Shown one piece after another: positions 42,200-54,889 of a stretch of DNA of 64,000 nucleotides; position 1 is the stretch's first letter, and the number at the start of each line of letters is the position of its first letter. The DNA is taken from NCBI RefSeq assembly GCF_006345805.1, contig NC_042999.1:111786001-111850000 (forward strand), given 5' to 3'. This DNA is from Octopus sinensis. Its lineage: Eukaryota. Both the position numbers and the translations under genes were made by a program. Under the pieces are notes generated by a model. The model searched no databases. It was given only the letters and a program-made list of their open reading frames with translations, and had not been told where the DNA came from.

Positions 42200-42870
42200 G
42201 TTTGTGACTATTAAAAAGCCACGAGTTCTGTAAATTTTTTTAATATTTTCTTTCTCTCCTGTTTATAACCCCTTCAGCCATCATTTTCTTTCATTTTTCT
42301 CACCTTCTTTTTCATTTTCTACCTCTTTCCACATTTATCCCGCTCTGTTTCTTTTCTCTTCCTATTTCATAATCCTTTTCTCTCTCATTTTCTTCATTTT
42401 CTACATCTTTCCCTTCTTTATTATTCCCTTTTCTTTCATTTTTTCCCTATTTTTCATTTCTTCTTTCTCTTTAGCCTTTTCTCTTTTTCGTAATACATTC
42501 TTTTCTTTATTCTTTTTCTTTCTTCTTTCAGACATAACTGTTTTCTTCTTTTTGCAGGCTCTTACTTCATTCAGTCATTTTCTTCTTTTTCATACACTTT
42601 CCATTCTTCATTCTTTTCTTTCACATCCTTTCTTTTATCCATTTTCTCTTTCTCCTTCATCTCTTTCCAACTCCAACATACTTTCCTCACTTTTCATATC
42701 CTCTATCTTTTTGTCCGTTCATATTGACCCTTATAATACATTTTTCTATTCTTATTCTTTTTCTTCCTCACTGCATTCTTCATTACTATCTCCTTTCTCA
42801 CCATCACTTCTGCTTTTACGTTCTATTCTATTTCATACACCTCCACATCGCCTTTATCAACTCTAGAAAT
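42200..42870 (+). repeat. Long cryptic polypyrimidine (CT-rich) tract
   Basis: About 650 bp almost devoid of G on the plus strand. Confidence 0.85.
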
Positions 42871-43076
42871 CTCTATCTCCTGTCTGTTTAATTATAGGTG
42901 AAATCATTTTGAAGAGGTCAGTCAGACAAATTTTTAAAACTCAACTATAGTGAGACAATATCCTGTTTGCTTTGTTCTCTTTTTATGTTATTTTTTTCGA
43001 CTCTCTTGATCTGTGTCTATGAAAGTGAGTGCACTTATATGAGTGTGTGTCTATACATACATATACACATATATAC

Positions 43077-43109
<33 letters not shown>

Positions 43110-43209
43110 AGGTATATATATATGTGTGTGTGTATATATGTATATGTATAGATACATATATAAACACATATATAATACATACATATATACATACACACAC
43201 ACACATATA

Positions 43210-43286
<77 letters not shown>

Positions 43287-43964
43287 GCATACATATATAT
43301 TGTATGTATGTTTAAACGTACATGTTTATACATGTGTACATATGTTTGTACATATGTGGGTATATAATTTACAGACATACACATGTGTACAAAGTACACA
43401 GACATTCATATAAAATGACTCTGTCTGTGCGTGTGTCTTTGTGTGTGTGTGTGTACTGTTGAAAGAAAATCTTTGAAAACGTCTGATGTTTAAATGCTGT
43501 AATTCATACGACTATTGAATGCCATAAATATACTTTTGAAAAAATAATAATGTTTATGGGGAGAGACAGTAAGAAGTATGTTGGTGTTGCTAGAATAAAT
43601 TAAGAGAAGCCTGGAAGGAAGTTAAAATAGAAAGTGGATGATGTGAATATGAGAAAAACGGAAAAGGGGAAAGAATGAATGATAGCTCCGATGTTAACAA
43701 AAGCAGCAAAACACTTGTAGATTTTTACTTAAATGTAATAAATTTGGTAGTAGACTTTTGTACTCAGTGAAAAATTTACTGGTTGACTGTATCATTGAAA
43801 AGCTCTGTGCTTAACAACATGCTTTTGGGTTCAAACTGCTAGTAGTTTTTCTTGTAGTCCCCGGCCGACCGGGGACTACATTGTGAGGAAATATGGAAAC
43901 CACAAACTACGCGGAAGTCTTCGTGTGTGTATACATATGTATGTATAGATAGTTATACATAAGC

Positions 43965-44350
43965 ATGGCGTAGTTATGTGGTAAGAAGCTTGCTTCACAA
44001 CCACATGGTTCCGAGTTCAGTACCACTGCGTAGCACCTTGAGCCAGCGTCTTCTACTATTGTGTCGGGCCTACCAAAGCCTTGTGAGGGGATTTGGTAGA
44101 CGGAAACGGAAAGAAGCCCGCTGTGTGTGTGTGTGCTTGTGCGTGTATTTGTGTGTGTGTCTCTATTTGTCCCACCGCCATCGCTTGACAACCGATGTCT
44201 GTGTTTTCGTCCTTGTAACATAGCGGTTCGGCCAAAGAGACCGATAGAATAAGTAAAAGGCTACAAAGAATTAGCCCTGGGGTTGATTTGTTTGACTAAA
44301 GACGGTGCTCCAGCATAGCTGCAGTCAAATGACTGAAAAGAATAAAAGAA
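43965..44350 (+). mobile_element. SINE family A
   Basis: Head, (TG)n and tail present. Confidence 0.85.
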
Positions 44351-44363
44351 TATATATATATAT

Positions 44364-44810
44364 ATATATACGTGGTCTCATCAATAAGTATTCGTGTTGT
44401 TGCTATAGTAACGACGCTAAAGTACGCTTGGCACAGATTGACCTTGAACTCTGGTGTGCATGCGCACAAAGTTTTGGCGTTCTAGTTCGCTTCCGCTGTT
44501 TGCAGCAGTGCAAAGAATGTGTATAACGTGAGATCGACGCATTGACCATGACAGAAAGTTGAGCGGAGAATCTGCATCAAATTTTGTCGAAACTTTGGCG
44601 ATACCTACTCAAAGGCCTACACAAAGTTTTCAAAAAGTTTTTATCATTTTCTACACACTGAAGGAGAGCTTGTACAACTGAAACTCGGGTGTCTTTTTCG
44701 TCAGCTGAAAGCAGTTCTGGCAAAAATTTGGCAGACACACGTATCATACCCAAATATTCAGTGATAATGGACTGAACTGAACTTTAGCTAATCTGCACAT
44801 CTGATAACTC
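44364..44810. mobile_element. Rearranged mariner fragment: 5' end on plus, middle portion inverted
   Basis: Plus strand gives MTE..RICIKFC; minus strand gives SIITEYLGMIRVSAKF.PELLSADEKDTRVSV. Confidence 0.75.
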
Positions 44811-44814
44811 ACGG

Positions 44815-45315
44815 TTGGTGATTCGACGATTTCCCTTCACAGCTGCATTTCTGTGTGTCAGAAATCTTATAGACGTTATACTTCACTTAATTGGTAGCGA
44901 GGGCCTGGTCTTGTGCAGCAATGATCAAGCTTTCGGTGGTACGCTTCAAATCACCTCGCTCAAGTCATGCCCAGGATGTAGGATGTTGCATTATCCCGTA
45001 TGTTCCTTTCAAACTGTCCATGCTTTCTCATTTCAAGAAGGTCTTCTTTTCTCTACTTCTCAGCTCTTTGATTAAACTCTTCCTTGCCCATCATTTCATC
45101 TGTATTTACACCCATATCTTTCGCGGCATATTGCATCAGGTCTTCTTCACTATTTATCAAATACTCCTTATACAATGGTCTACACTAATTAGTCCTCTGC
45201 CAACATTCTTTCTTTTCGTATACAGTCTGTCTACGTTTGCTTTAGGGTGTAGCGCCCCATGCAGCGTCGTCAACTTTCTCGTCCTTCTATCCAGAGTTGA
45301 TATTTCCTCCTTAGT
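44815..45315 (-). mobile_element. R4/Dong-like fragment, same lineage as 25090-25845
   Basis: DRRTRKLTTLHGALHPKANVDRLY...QDQAL; the DNA at ~44880-44965 matches ~25745-25830. Confidence 0.8.
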
Positions 45316-45342
45316 CCATATTACTATTATTGTTATTATTAC

Positions 45343-45391
<49 letters not shown>

Positions 45392-45409
45392 TTATTATTA
45401 TTATTATTG

Positions 45410-46437
45410 TTATTATTATCATATGTTTGACTTTTGCTTTATATTTATACAAGTTGGCTCCAAGTCTCACCCAGAGACCTCAAGAGACAAAAGGCTGGAA
45501 GTTCGAATTGTTGTTATGCTTAGTGTGCCGTATATTTGGTTTTGTATTTAGTGTTGTACTAGTGAATGTCTAAAAAAAAATTATGTTTGTTTTAAAACTT
45601 GAGATTACATAGAAAGTATTTTGCGTAGGATATGAGCAGTTCCCATCAGCACTATCTTTTGAATTTCTGCCATTTTGGGGTTTCCTGGTATCTGAGTTAG
45701 GTAGCGATCAGCCCCTTTTGGTATCATTCCCAGGGCACCTATGACAACAGGTATTGTTTTAGTCTTCAGGTTCCACATTTTGCTGATTTCTATTTCAAGA
45801 TCTTTATATTTGCTCAGTTTTTGGTAGGTCTTGACAGATACGTTTATATCGATTGGGACAGTCATATCAATGAGGAGGCATGTTCTTTGCTTGAAGTCTT
45901 TCAATATGATGTCTGGCCTATTTGCATCTATCTTTCTGTCAGTTTGAATGGTGAAGTTCCAGAGGAGTGAGATGTGGTCATTTTCAAGCACTGGAGGTGG
46001 TTTGTGTTCCCACCAGTTTTTTTCATGGGGCAAATCCAGGTTTTTGCAGATTACCCAGTGAATATATTGTGCAGCTCTATCATACCTGTTGAGATACTCT
46101 GTAGGCGCTAGAAGAATGCAGTTGGAGACAACATAATCAATGGTTTCGTTTTGTTGTTGACATACACGACATGTTGGGCTACTGCCGTTCTTTAATATGT
46201 TGGCCTGGTAGTTCCTTGTTGGTAGGCATTGATCTTGAGCTGCTATGATAAACCCTTCTGTTTCAGATTTTAAGCCAGAGGCCATTAGCCACTGATGGGT
46301 CAGGGCTTTGTCAACATCTGCATTATTCGCTCTCTTTGAGTATTTGCCATAGAGAGGTTTTTCTTGCCATTTATCATTCAGAATATCTAAGGCAGCAGTT
46401 TTAACACGGGTTTTCATGCGTTTAGCTTTTTCTGTGC
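45410..46437 (-). mobile_element. 5'-truncated R4/Dong-like element with an open 270-aa C-terminal ORF
   Basis: ORF 45605-46417 has a degenerate CCHC (CRVC...ETIDYVVSNC), RPDIILKD, LIDMTVP and KYKDL. Both flanks are (TAA)n. Confidence 0.9.
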
Positions 46438-46440
46438 TTG

Positions 46441-46508
<68 letters not shown>

Positions 46509-46540
46509 CATTATCATCATCATCATCATTATTATTATTA

Positions 46541-46635
<95 letters not shown>

Positions 46636-46649
46636 CATTATTATTATTA

Positions 46650-46694
<45 letters not shown>

Positions 46695-46699
46695 TATTA

Positions 46700-49545
46700 T
46701 TATGTTGTTGTTGTTTTTTCCTTTTTTTTTCAAATTTTCTTCCGTTTCTCGCCGAGTGTTTTCCATACACCTAGAGCAGAGAAGGGCATTGTATGCATTC
46801 CCAGACTACACGCGCAAACTCACAGATAAAATATGTATTTAAAAATTAAGAAATAAATAAATTCATGGATGGATGTTATTTTCACAGCGATAGTGCTCTT
46901 CTCAGTACATGAGCCGTTCCAGTTAACACGATTTTTTGCACTTCCTGTAGGGATAGTAAGCCTGGAATCATTTTCAAATAGGTTTCAGTACCTTTTTTTA
47001 TCATTCCGAGAGACCCTACATTCACTGGTACTGTAGTCGCCTTGAGATGCCACATTTTTTCAATTTCTATTAGCAGGTCTTTATATTTACTAATCTCGTC
47101 ACATTCTTTCGCCGCTATATTGTGATCACAGGGAATACTCATGTCAATTAATAAACACGTCCTTTTTGTCTGATCTTTTATAATAATATCCGGTTTATTA
47201 GCTTTTATAGTCCTGTCGGTCTGCACGGGGAAGTCCCATAGAATCGACACATTTTCTCCCTCAGTCACAGCTTCAGGATGATGTTTATACCATTTGTCAG
47301 CGGTTTTGATTTTATAATGCCGACATATTGTCCAATGTAAATACTGGCCGACTCTGTCATGTCTTGATTTATATTCTGCAGGTGCTAAGACTCTACACCA
47401 TGAGATTAGGTGGTCTATTGTTTCAATCTCATCGTTACAGAATCGGCATTTTTGGTCAGCTCCATTTTTTATCACATTGGCTTGGTAGTTCCGGGTTAAT
47501 AAGCTTTGGTCTTGAGCAGCTAATATGAAACCTTCACTCTCTGCTTTTAGCCCTGAGCTTCGTAACCATTGGTGCGTGGGTTTCTGGTCGACATAAGCTT
47601 GTTTGCTACGGGCCACATACTTGCCATGGAGAGGTTTCTGTTCCCATCTGCTAGCTAAATTTTCATGGGTTTTTGTCTTTGCAATTAATTTTATTTTCTT
47701 TGCAGCTGCAGTTGGCGCATTTCCTTCAGCCTGCTCAATCTGGTGGGTATCTAAGAGATCAGCAACGAATTTTTTGCTCACTTTGAGAATAGAGTGAAGT
47801 TTTTTAGGTCTTTCATGTTTTTCAACAAGTTTTAGCATCCAATCGTTGGTTGCTTCAAGGTATTTGGCCAGTCCGATTGTGGTGGTTTTGTATGTAAGTT
47901 CAAGGTGGATCAAACCGCGACCTCCCTGAGCTCTGGGAAGGTAAAGGCAATCCACGTCTGCCTTTGGGTGGTGCATCTTATTACAAGTCAGTAGCTTGCG
48001 GATTTTTCTGTCAATTTTCATTATTTCACTGGTATTCCAGTTAAGCACATTGAAGCTATAAAAAACAACTGGTACTGCTAAGGAATTTATGGCTAAAACC
48101 TTATTATATGCATTCAGCTCAGACTTCAGGACTGCTCGAATTCTTCTATAACATTCTTTCCTAACCTTCTCTTTCATGCTTGCATGCTGGATACCAGAGC
48201 CTTCATTTATTCCTAGGTATTTATAGGTTTTTTCCTGCTCAAGTTCCTTTATTATTATTTCGACATCTAATTCGATTGAACTAGACTATACCAATTTCCC
48301 TTTCTTAAAAGTGGCTTTGGCACACTTTTCAAGGCCAAACTCCATCATGATATCATCACTGAATCCTTTCACAATATGTAATAATCCTTCAAGCTCTTCA
48401 TCATCTTTGCCATATAACTTTAAGTCATCCATATAAAATAGATGGCTCATTTTCTTGTTGTCAATTTTGTAGCCATATCCTGTTCTATTCAGTTCACTTG
48501 AGAGTGGTATTAGTGCTATGCAGAAAATTAGTGGTGAAAGTGAGTCACCATGGAAAATTCCACAGTTTATGCTAATGTTGTTTGAGTGCAATACTCCATT
48601 AGAATGATATAATTGGAGCTTCGTGTTCCATAGTGACATATTATACTTTAAAAAATCTGAAATCACAGGAGAAATTTTGAAAATGTCCAGCGATTTCAGA
48701 ATCCACGAATGTGGTATGCTGTCAAAGGCTTTTTTATAATCAATCCATGAAGAGCTGAGATTTCTGCGCTTGTTATGGCAGTTCTCAAGGATCATGCGAT
48801 TAATTAGGAGCTGATCTTTGCATCCGTATGAGCCTCGTCTGCATCCTTTTTGTTTAAGGGAAAGAGGTTATTCTCTTCCATAAACGTATATGTTTTCTCT
48901 ACTAGAATAGATGTCAAAATCTTATAGGTAGTAGATAAACATGTTATAGGCCGGTAGTTTTTTTGGGTCTTTCGTTTTGTTATTTTTGGGGAGGAGGTAA
49001 GTAATACCATTTGTCATCCAATGTGGTGTTTTTTTGGGGTCTTTCATAATACTATTAAATAGTATTACTAACATTTTGTGTGCGGACGAGAGTGATGAGA
49101 GCCAGAAATTTTGTACTCTATCAATACCTGGGGATTTCCACTTATGAGCCTTCGTTAGTGCCCTCCTTAGGTCGGCGATTGAGATGTCTTCCCATACCTG
49201 TTCTTGTAGATTTTTGTAGTCATCTTGGATGCGTTTGATCCACTCTGCATTTTCATTGTATGGTTTCTCATCACTCCAGATCCCCTTCCAAAAGTTTTCA
49301 ACTTCTTCCATTAGGGGTGGATTTTCAATGATTATTTTTTCTTTCCCTATTTCCCTGTAAAATGATTTGGCATTGGATTTGAACATCTTATTTTGTTTGT
49401 AGAATTTGATTCTTTTCTCAAATCTGCGTATTCTCTGAGCTTTTGCTTAAACTTTTTGTTTAAGTGTTTCTTTCGCTGACATTAGTTCTTCTCTTGTTGA
49501 GTGTCCATATTTTCTCACAATCTTCCTGCCTTTTCTTCTTCTTTT
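46700..49545 (-). mobile_element. R4/Dong-like retrotransposon, ~2.8 kb (RT, CCHC, REL), inactivated
   Basis: RPITCL, IDYKKAFDS, GIFHGDSLSP, YMDDLKL, CRFC-x8-H-x4-C, KPDII and KYKDL. Two frameshifts (~48960 and ~48870) and a TAG at 48286. Confidence 0.95.
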
Positions 49546-49573
49546 TCTTCTTCTTCTTCTTCTTCTTCTTCTT

Positions 49574-49659
<86 letters not shown>

Positions 49660-49679
49660 CATCATCATCATCATCATCA

Positions 49680-49731
<52 letters not shown>

Positions 49732-49748
49732 CATCATCATCATCATCA

Positions 49749-49811
<63 letters not shown>

Positions 49812-49812
<1 letters not shown>

Positions 49813-50000
49813 GGCGGCGAGCTGGCAGAATCTTTAGCACGCCGGACAAAATACTTTGCGGTATTTCGTCCGTTATTACATTCTGAGTTCAAAGTTGATT
49901 GTGCCTTTCATCCCTTTGGAGTCGATGAAATAAGTTTCTGTGAAGAACTGGGTTCGATGAAATCGACTAGTCCCTTCCCACCAAACTTCCGGTCTTGTGA
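49812..50000 (+). mobile_element. SINE family B monomer, directly after (TAT)n
   Basis: ggcggcgagctggcagaatc...ctgagttcaaa...cctttcatccctttggagtcgat. Confidence 0.8.
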
Positions 50001-51149
50001 CTTGTCATTGTTGCTGTTATTATTAATAGTTTTTAGTAAATCAGACTTGTTTGTTTCTGCTCCCTCTGTACCTTTTTGGATATCTACTCGTTTCCAAAAA
50101 TTGAATAATTTTATCACGCCGCGTTAACCTGTATACAAGAACAGTGAGGTTTATTTAATTAGTTCTCACTCCACTTTGTAAGAAAAATAAAACAAATAAA
50201 ATGATTGAACAATTTGGATTTTCTTTCTTTTGTTCTACTTAACGTCGTTGGATATCAACACGCCTTCAGATGACATTTTTATATATCGTACTGCGTGCTC
50301 CTCTTTCTACAAGACAAGTAAATTCATTTCAATGATGTTCGCCTATTTTGGTATGTAAAAATGAAAATTTGCTTAACATTTTGAACTTGATTTTGGTTTG
50401 ACTTGATTCATGTTGTTAATAAGTCAACGAGGAAACGCCCTCCAAAAATAGGAAACAAATATTCCTGCGAACGTCAAAGCGAAATCGAACGGGCCTGTTT
50501 TGCGGTGAAGTATTCATGATATACAAGCAAAATTTTTCAGTTTTCTGTTAAATGAGATGTAGCGAATAAAGTGGCTTAAGGAACACGCGCGGCAGCGGCA
50601 GCAGTGCTGTCACACATACAGACATGCAAGCATAGTACATATACATACATACTTACATACACATGCAAAAACATACACACTCACTTTCTCCCCTCTCTCG
50701 CCTTCCCTCACTCTTTCTCTCTCTCTCTATCTATCCATCTTTCTTCCTTTCTTTAATGTTTGTCGAGCAAGACATGCACAAATAAAATTTGCCAAGTTTC
50801 CCCAACTCTGAACCTTGGAATATGAAAAATAACGACAGTCCAGAACGAAGCTGCAATGAAATTATTTTCATAAAAACTCTTTCGCATCGCCTTGCTCGAA
50901 GTTAATAAGTTATCTACCTATGTCTCAAGAAGTAAGGGGCTTTTTTCTATGCCCTTGTATATGTATACATACATATACACACAGACATGCAGGAAGTAAA
51001 TAGACACATTTAATTTTCAAAATTTCTGATCTAAGCATCTTAATATGTTTTCAGCAGTGTAGAATTTACAATATAATTATTCTTTTTCATTCTAGGTGCC
51101 ATTATATTAAACATTTGCGAAGAGTAACCAAAACGCGCACAAAAAATTC

Positions 51150-51480
51150 AGCAGAACTGTCAGATTTTTCAAAGAGGACGTTTTGTTTGGCAATCTGAGG
51201 CTGGTTTTCGCCAACGAAAAATTGCCGAAAGTTTCAAATTCCTCTTGTTGCTGTTAATAGAATTATAATGCAATTCAAAAGCCAAGGAAAAGAACCAACA
51301 GATTCTCGTCCCGGAAAGGAAGCTTCGCTGTTTGAGGAGAATTGTGGAAAACGAACCCCATTCTAAGGCTTCTGACATTGCAAAACAGCTACAAGTTAGT
51401 CCAAGAACGTATGTTACATATCCGCATAAGCTTGGGTATTATGGACTAGCAGCTAGAAGAAAACCTCTCCTTCAACCAAT
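51150..51480 (+). mobile_element. Tc1-like transposase N-terminal fragment
   Basis: ELSDFQRGRFVWQSEAG...GYYGLAARRKPLL. Confidence 0.8.
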
Positions 51481-51547
51481 TAAAATCAAATAAAAGATTT
51501 TGAAAATTAAAGGTGCCTATTTACGTCCTGCATGTCTATATATATAT

Positions 51548-51943
51548 ACAGGCGCAGGGCGTAGCTGTATGGTAAGAAGCTTGCTTCCCGAACGCATGGC
51601 TCCGGGTTCAGTCCCACTGCGTGGCACCTTGGGCAATTGTCTTCTACTACGGCCTCGGGTCGACCAAAGCCTTGTGAGTAGATTTGATAGACGGAAAATG
51701 AAAGAAGCCTGTCGTATATATATGTATATATATATATATATCTATGTGTGGGTGTCTGTGTTTGTCCTTCCATCACCACTTGACAACCGGTGTTGAATGT
51801 ATTTACCTCCCTGTAATCTAGCAGTTCGGCAAAAGATGCCGATAGAATAAGTACCAGGCTTTAAAGATAAGTGCTGGGGTCGATTCACGCGGCTGAAAAT
51901 TCAAGGTGCTGCTCCAGCATGGCCGCAGTCAAATGACTGAAAC

Positions 51944-51945
<2 letters not shown>
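51548..51945 (+). mobile_element. SINE family A
   Basis: Head to tail, collinear with the consensus. Confidence 0.85.
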
Positions 51946-51978
<33 letters not shown>

Positions 51979-52299
51979 CTAACTTCGAGCGATCCGTAGT
52001 GAATATATAAAAAAACAACTTTCAGGAACAATAGCGGTTTATTGAGACGGAAGGTTGTGGAAATGTTTTCTTTTATCGAAAAACGATGAGCTGAAAAAAA
52101 GTTCTTTTTATATTCATCAGTTGTCAAACAGGGTTGCCGAGTGTGCGAAAAAGAATACAAGAGTTACGGAATGGAGTATGGGAAATCTAGGTCACATATG
52201 TTTCATAAGAAGTGGAACCTCAGAAGTGGTGAAATACAAGTGAGATGTTTACTGCCGGCGACACTTCAGGCCATATATATATATATGTCTTTAACTTCG

Positions 52300-52460
52300 T
52301 CGTGGAAGGGCCTTACCGTCTGCTTCTTTTACAGGGCTTAGAAAAACTGAAGGACCGCTGCAATAAGTGCGTAAATCTGAAAGGGGGATATGTTGAATAA
52401 AATCACAATTAACTGATCCTCTTGTATTTTCTTTTTCTCAAAGCTAAGAATTTTCATGTA
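52300..52460 (+). mobile_element. Mariner 3' end fragment
   Basis: GLEKLKDRCNKCVNLKG..., matching the typical KCV...GDYVE terminus. Confidence 0.6.
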
Positions 52461-52462
52461 TG

Positions 52463-52492
<30 letters not shown>

Positions 52493-52493
<1 letters not shown>

Positions 52494-53180
52494 TGGGTTG
52501 GCAAGTAAGTAATTTCGGTTTAGTGTGAAATGTAAGTAATTTACTTTATACAAAGAATGAACTTTAATCAATTATATGTTTTCTACTTCGTTTGATGACC
52601 TTTTGCCATCTTTCTGGCAACTTCATGATTTTGTGCTCATCAAACTTCTGGTCCTTGTCAGCCAAAAACAGAAGCAAGTGTGATTTCAGGTCATCATTAT
52701 TATTGAAAGTTTTACCATTCAAAGAGTTTTGCAAACTTCAAAATAAATGGTAATCTGATGGTGCAAGGCCAGGGCTATATGGTGGAAGAGACATCACTTC
52801 CCAACCAAGCTCTAGTCATTTTTCAGTTAGCTCCAGTTAATGTATGCGGTCTAGCGTTGTCGTGGTGGAACACGATTCCTTTACAATTTGTCAATTGTAG
52901 TCGTTTTTCTTTGATTGCTTCCTCCAGTTTCATTAGCTGTTGACAATAAACATATGAATTGATCGTCTGGCAAAATATAACGAAAATGTTCGTTTTTGCT
53001 CTCCATGTTAGAATTAAAACTGAACAGATGTAAGCAAAATTATGCGTAATTTGCTTCTAAAGTAAGCTAAAAGTAACGGCTAACAAATGCCAAAAGAACA
53101 AGTCATAATATTGACAAAAGTCATTAAAAAAACCTGAACTATCAATTTGCAAAAACGAAATTACTTTCTTATCAACCCAA
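52493..53180 (-). mobile_element. Internally deleted mariner with both TIRs
   Basis: TA|ttgggttggcaagtaagtaatttc ... gaaattactttcttatcaacccaa|TA; peptide VFHHDNARPH...PPYSPGLAPSDYHLF*SLQN. Confidence 0.9.
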
Positions 53181-53265
53181 TATGTGTGTGTGTGTGTGTG
53201 CGCGCGCTCTTATATACTCACCTATACATGTACATATACATATACATATATAAATACATGTGCAT

Positions 53266-53302
<37 letters not shown>

Positions 53303-53321
53303 ATATATATAATATATATAT

Positions 53322-53399
<78 letters not shown>

Positions 53400-53622
53400 T
53401 ATGCGAATGTTTGTATGTATGTATGTATGTATTTATGTATGTATGCATGCATGCATGTATGTACATATATATGTCTGTTTATGCATGTATCATGCAATAC
53501 TTTCGCCTCACCAGCTCGTTTTTATACAACTTGATTTTACCACCCAACCCATACGTACTGCTTTGTAGTATGATTGCTCTCTATGGCAAAGTATCATAAA
53601 CATCCCTATTATTCTTCTTTAG

Positions 53623-54065
53623 GCGGTGAATTGAGACAATCGTCAACACGCTGGGCAAAATGCTTAGCGATATTCCGTCCGTTCTTACATTCTCAGTTTA
53701 AACTCCACCGAGGTCGACTTTGTAGTTCATCCTTTCGTGATCGATAAATTAAGTACCAGTGAAACACTGGGGGTCGATGTAATCGACTAGTACCCTCCAG
53801 CAAAAGTTTCAAGCCTTGTGCCTTTAGTAACAAGGATCGTTATTATTATTATTATTATTATTTAGGCGGCATGTTGACAAAATCGTTAGCACACCGCGAA
53901 AAATACGTTTTTACGTTCTGAGTTCAAATTCTGCCGAGGTTGAATTTTGCCTTTCACTCTTTTGTGGTCGTTAAAATAAGTACAAGTTGAGCACTGGAGT
54001 CGATGTATTTCAAATTAACTCCGTCCCCCTGAAACTGCTGGCCTTGTGCCAAAATTTAAAACCAT
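53623..54065 (+). mobile_element. Two tandem SINE family B monomers separated by (ATT)n
   Basis: Heads at ~53623 and ~53864; each has a B box and the Deu/Nin-like body. Further fragments lie at ~54740-54860 and ~56520-56625. Confidence 0.8.
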
Positions 54066-54346
54066 TATAATCTTTTGCCTTTGTTTTATTTTATACAAGC
54101 TTCACCCAAGGCTCAACCAGAAACGTCAAGGGGCAAGGTTTTGCAATTGATGATGCTAAGATGTGAGGTGGCATGCAAGTGAAAGAAGTGATGTATGTGA
54201 GCAAAAAACTTCCCTTAAAATTTTATAGCATTGAATGAGTGAGATTGCATTTACATGGGGAGGAATTTACCTAAATATGTGAGGCTTCCTAAGTATAATC
54301 TTTTGAACTTCATTTAATTTCGGGCTGCCAGAACAAGCTCTACATA

Positions 54347-54625
54347 CAGGGGTTGGACAAAATAATGGAAACACTTGGCATCATAGCATCATAATTTTGA
54401 AATATCTATAAAACTATCAAAAACTAGCTTGTTTATTTTTATGTTTTTTTGATTTACTATTAGTTTGCTTAATATGTTTTGCTAAAATTGCTGTTTCTTT
54501 TCAGATATCATCAGAGAAAGGTAATTAAAATTCACTAAAATGACAGATCTATCGGACTTCCAAAGAGTTCAAGTTGTTGGTGCTCGTATCGCAGGCGCTA
54601 GCGTAACGAAACAGCCGAAATGTTG
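54347..54625 (+). mobile_element. Tc1-like 5' end
   Basis: TA|caggggttggacaaaataatggaaacac TIR, then MTDLSDFQRVQVVGARIAGASVTK. Confidence 0.8.
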
Positions 54626-54682
54626 TTGTTGTTGTTGTTATTATTATTATTATTATTATTAGTAGTAGTAGTAGTAGTAGTG

Positions 54683-54722
<40 letters not shown>

Positions 54723-54889
54723 AGTAGTAGTAGTATCGGCGGCGGCGGAGGTGGCATGGCAGGGCGCTGGCAGAGTTATCGGGCTTGATGAAATAAGTAC
54801 CAGTTGAGCTCTTGAGTCGATGTAATCTGGTAGCCACCTGCTCTAAAAATTTCAGGCCTCGTCGTCGTCGTCGTCATCAGTATTTCTTG

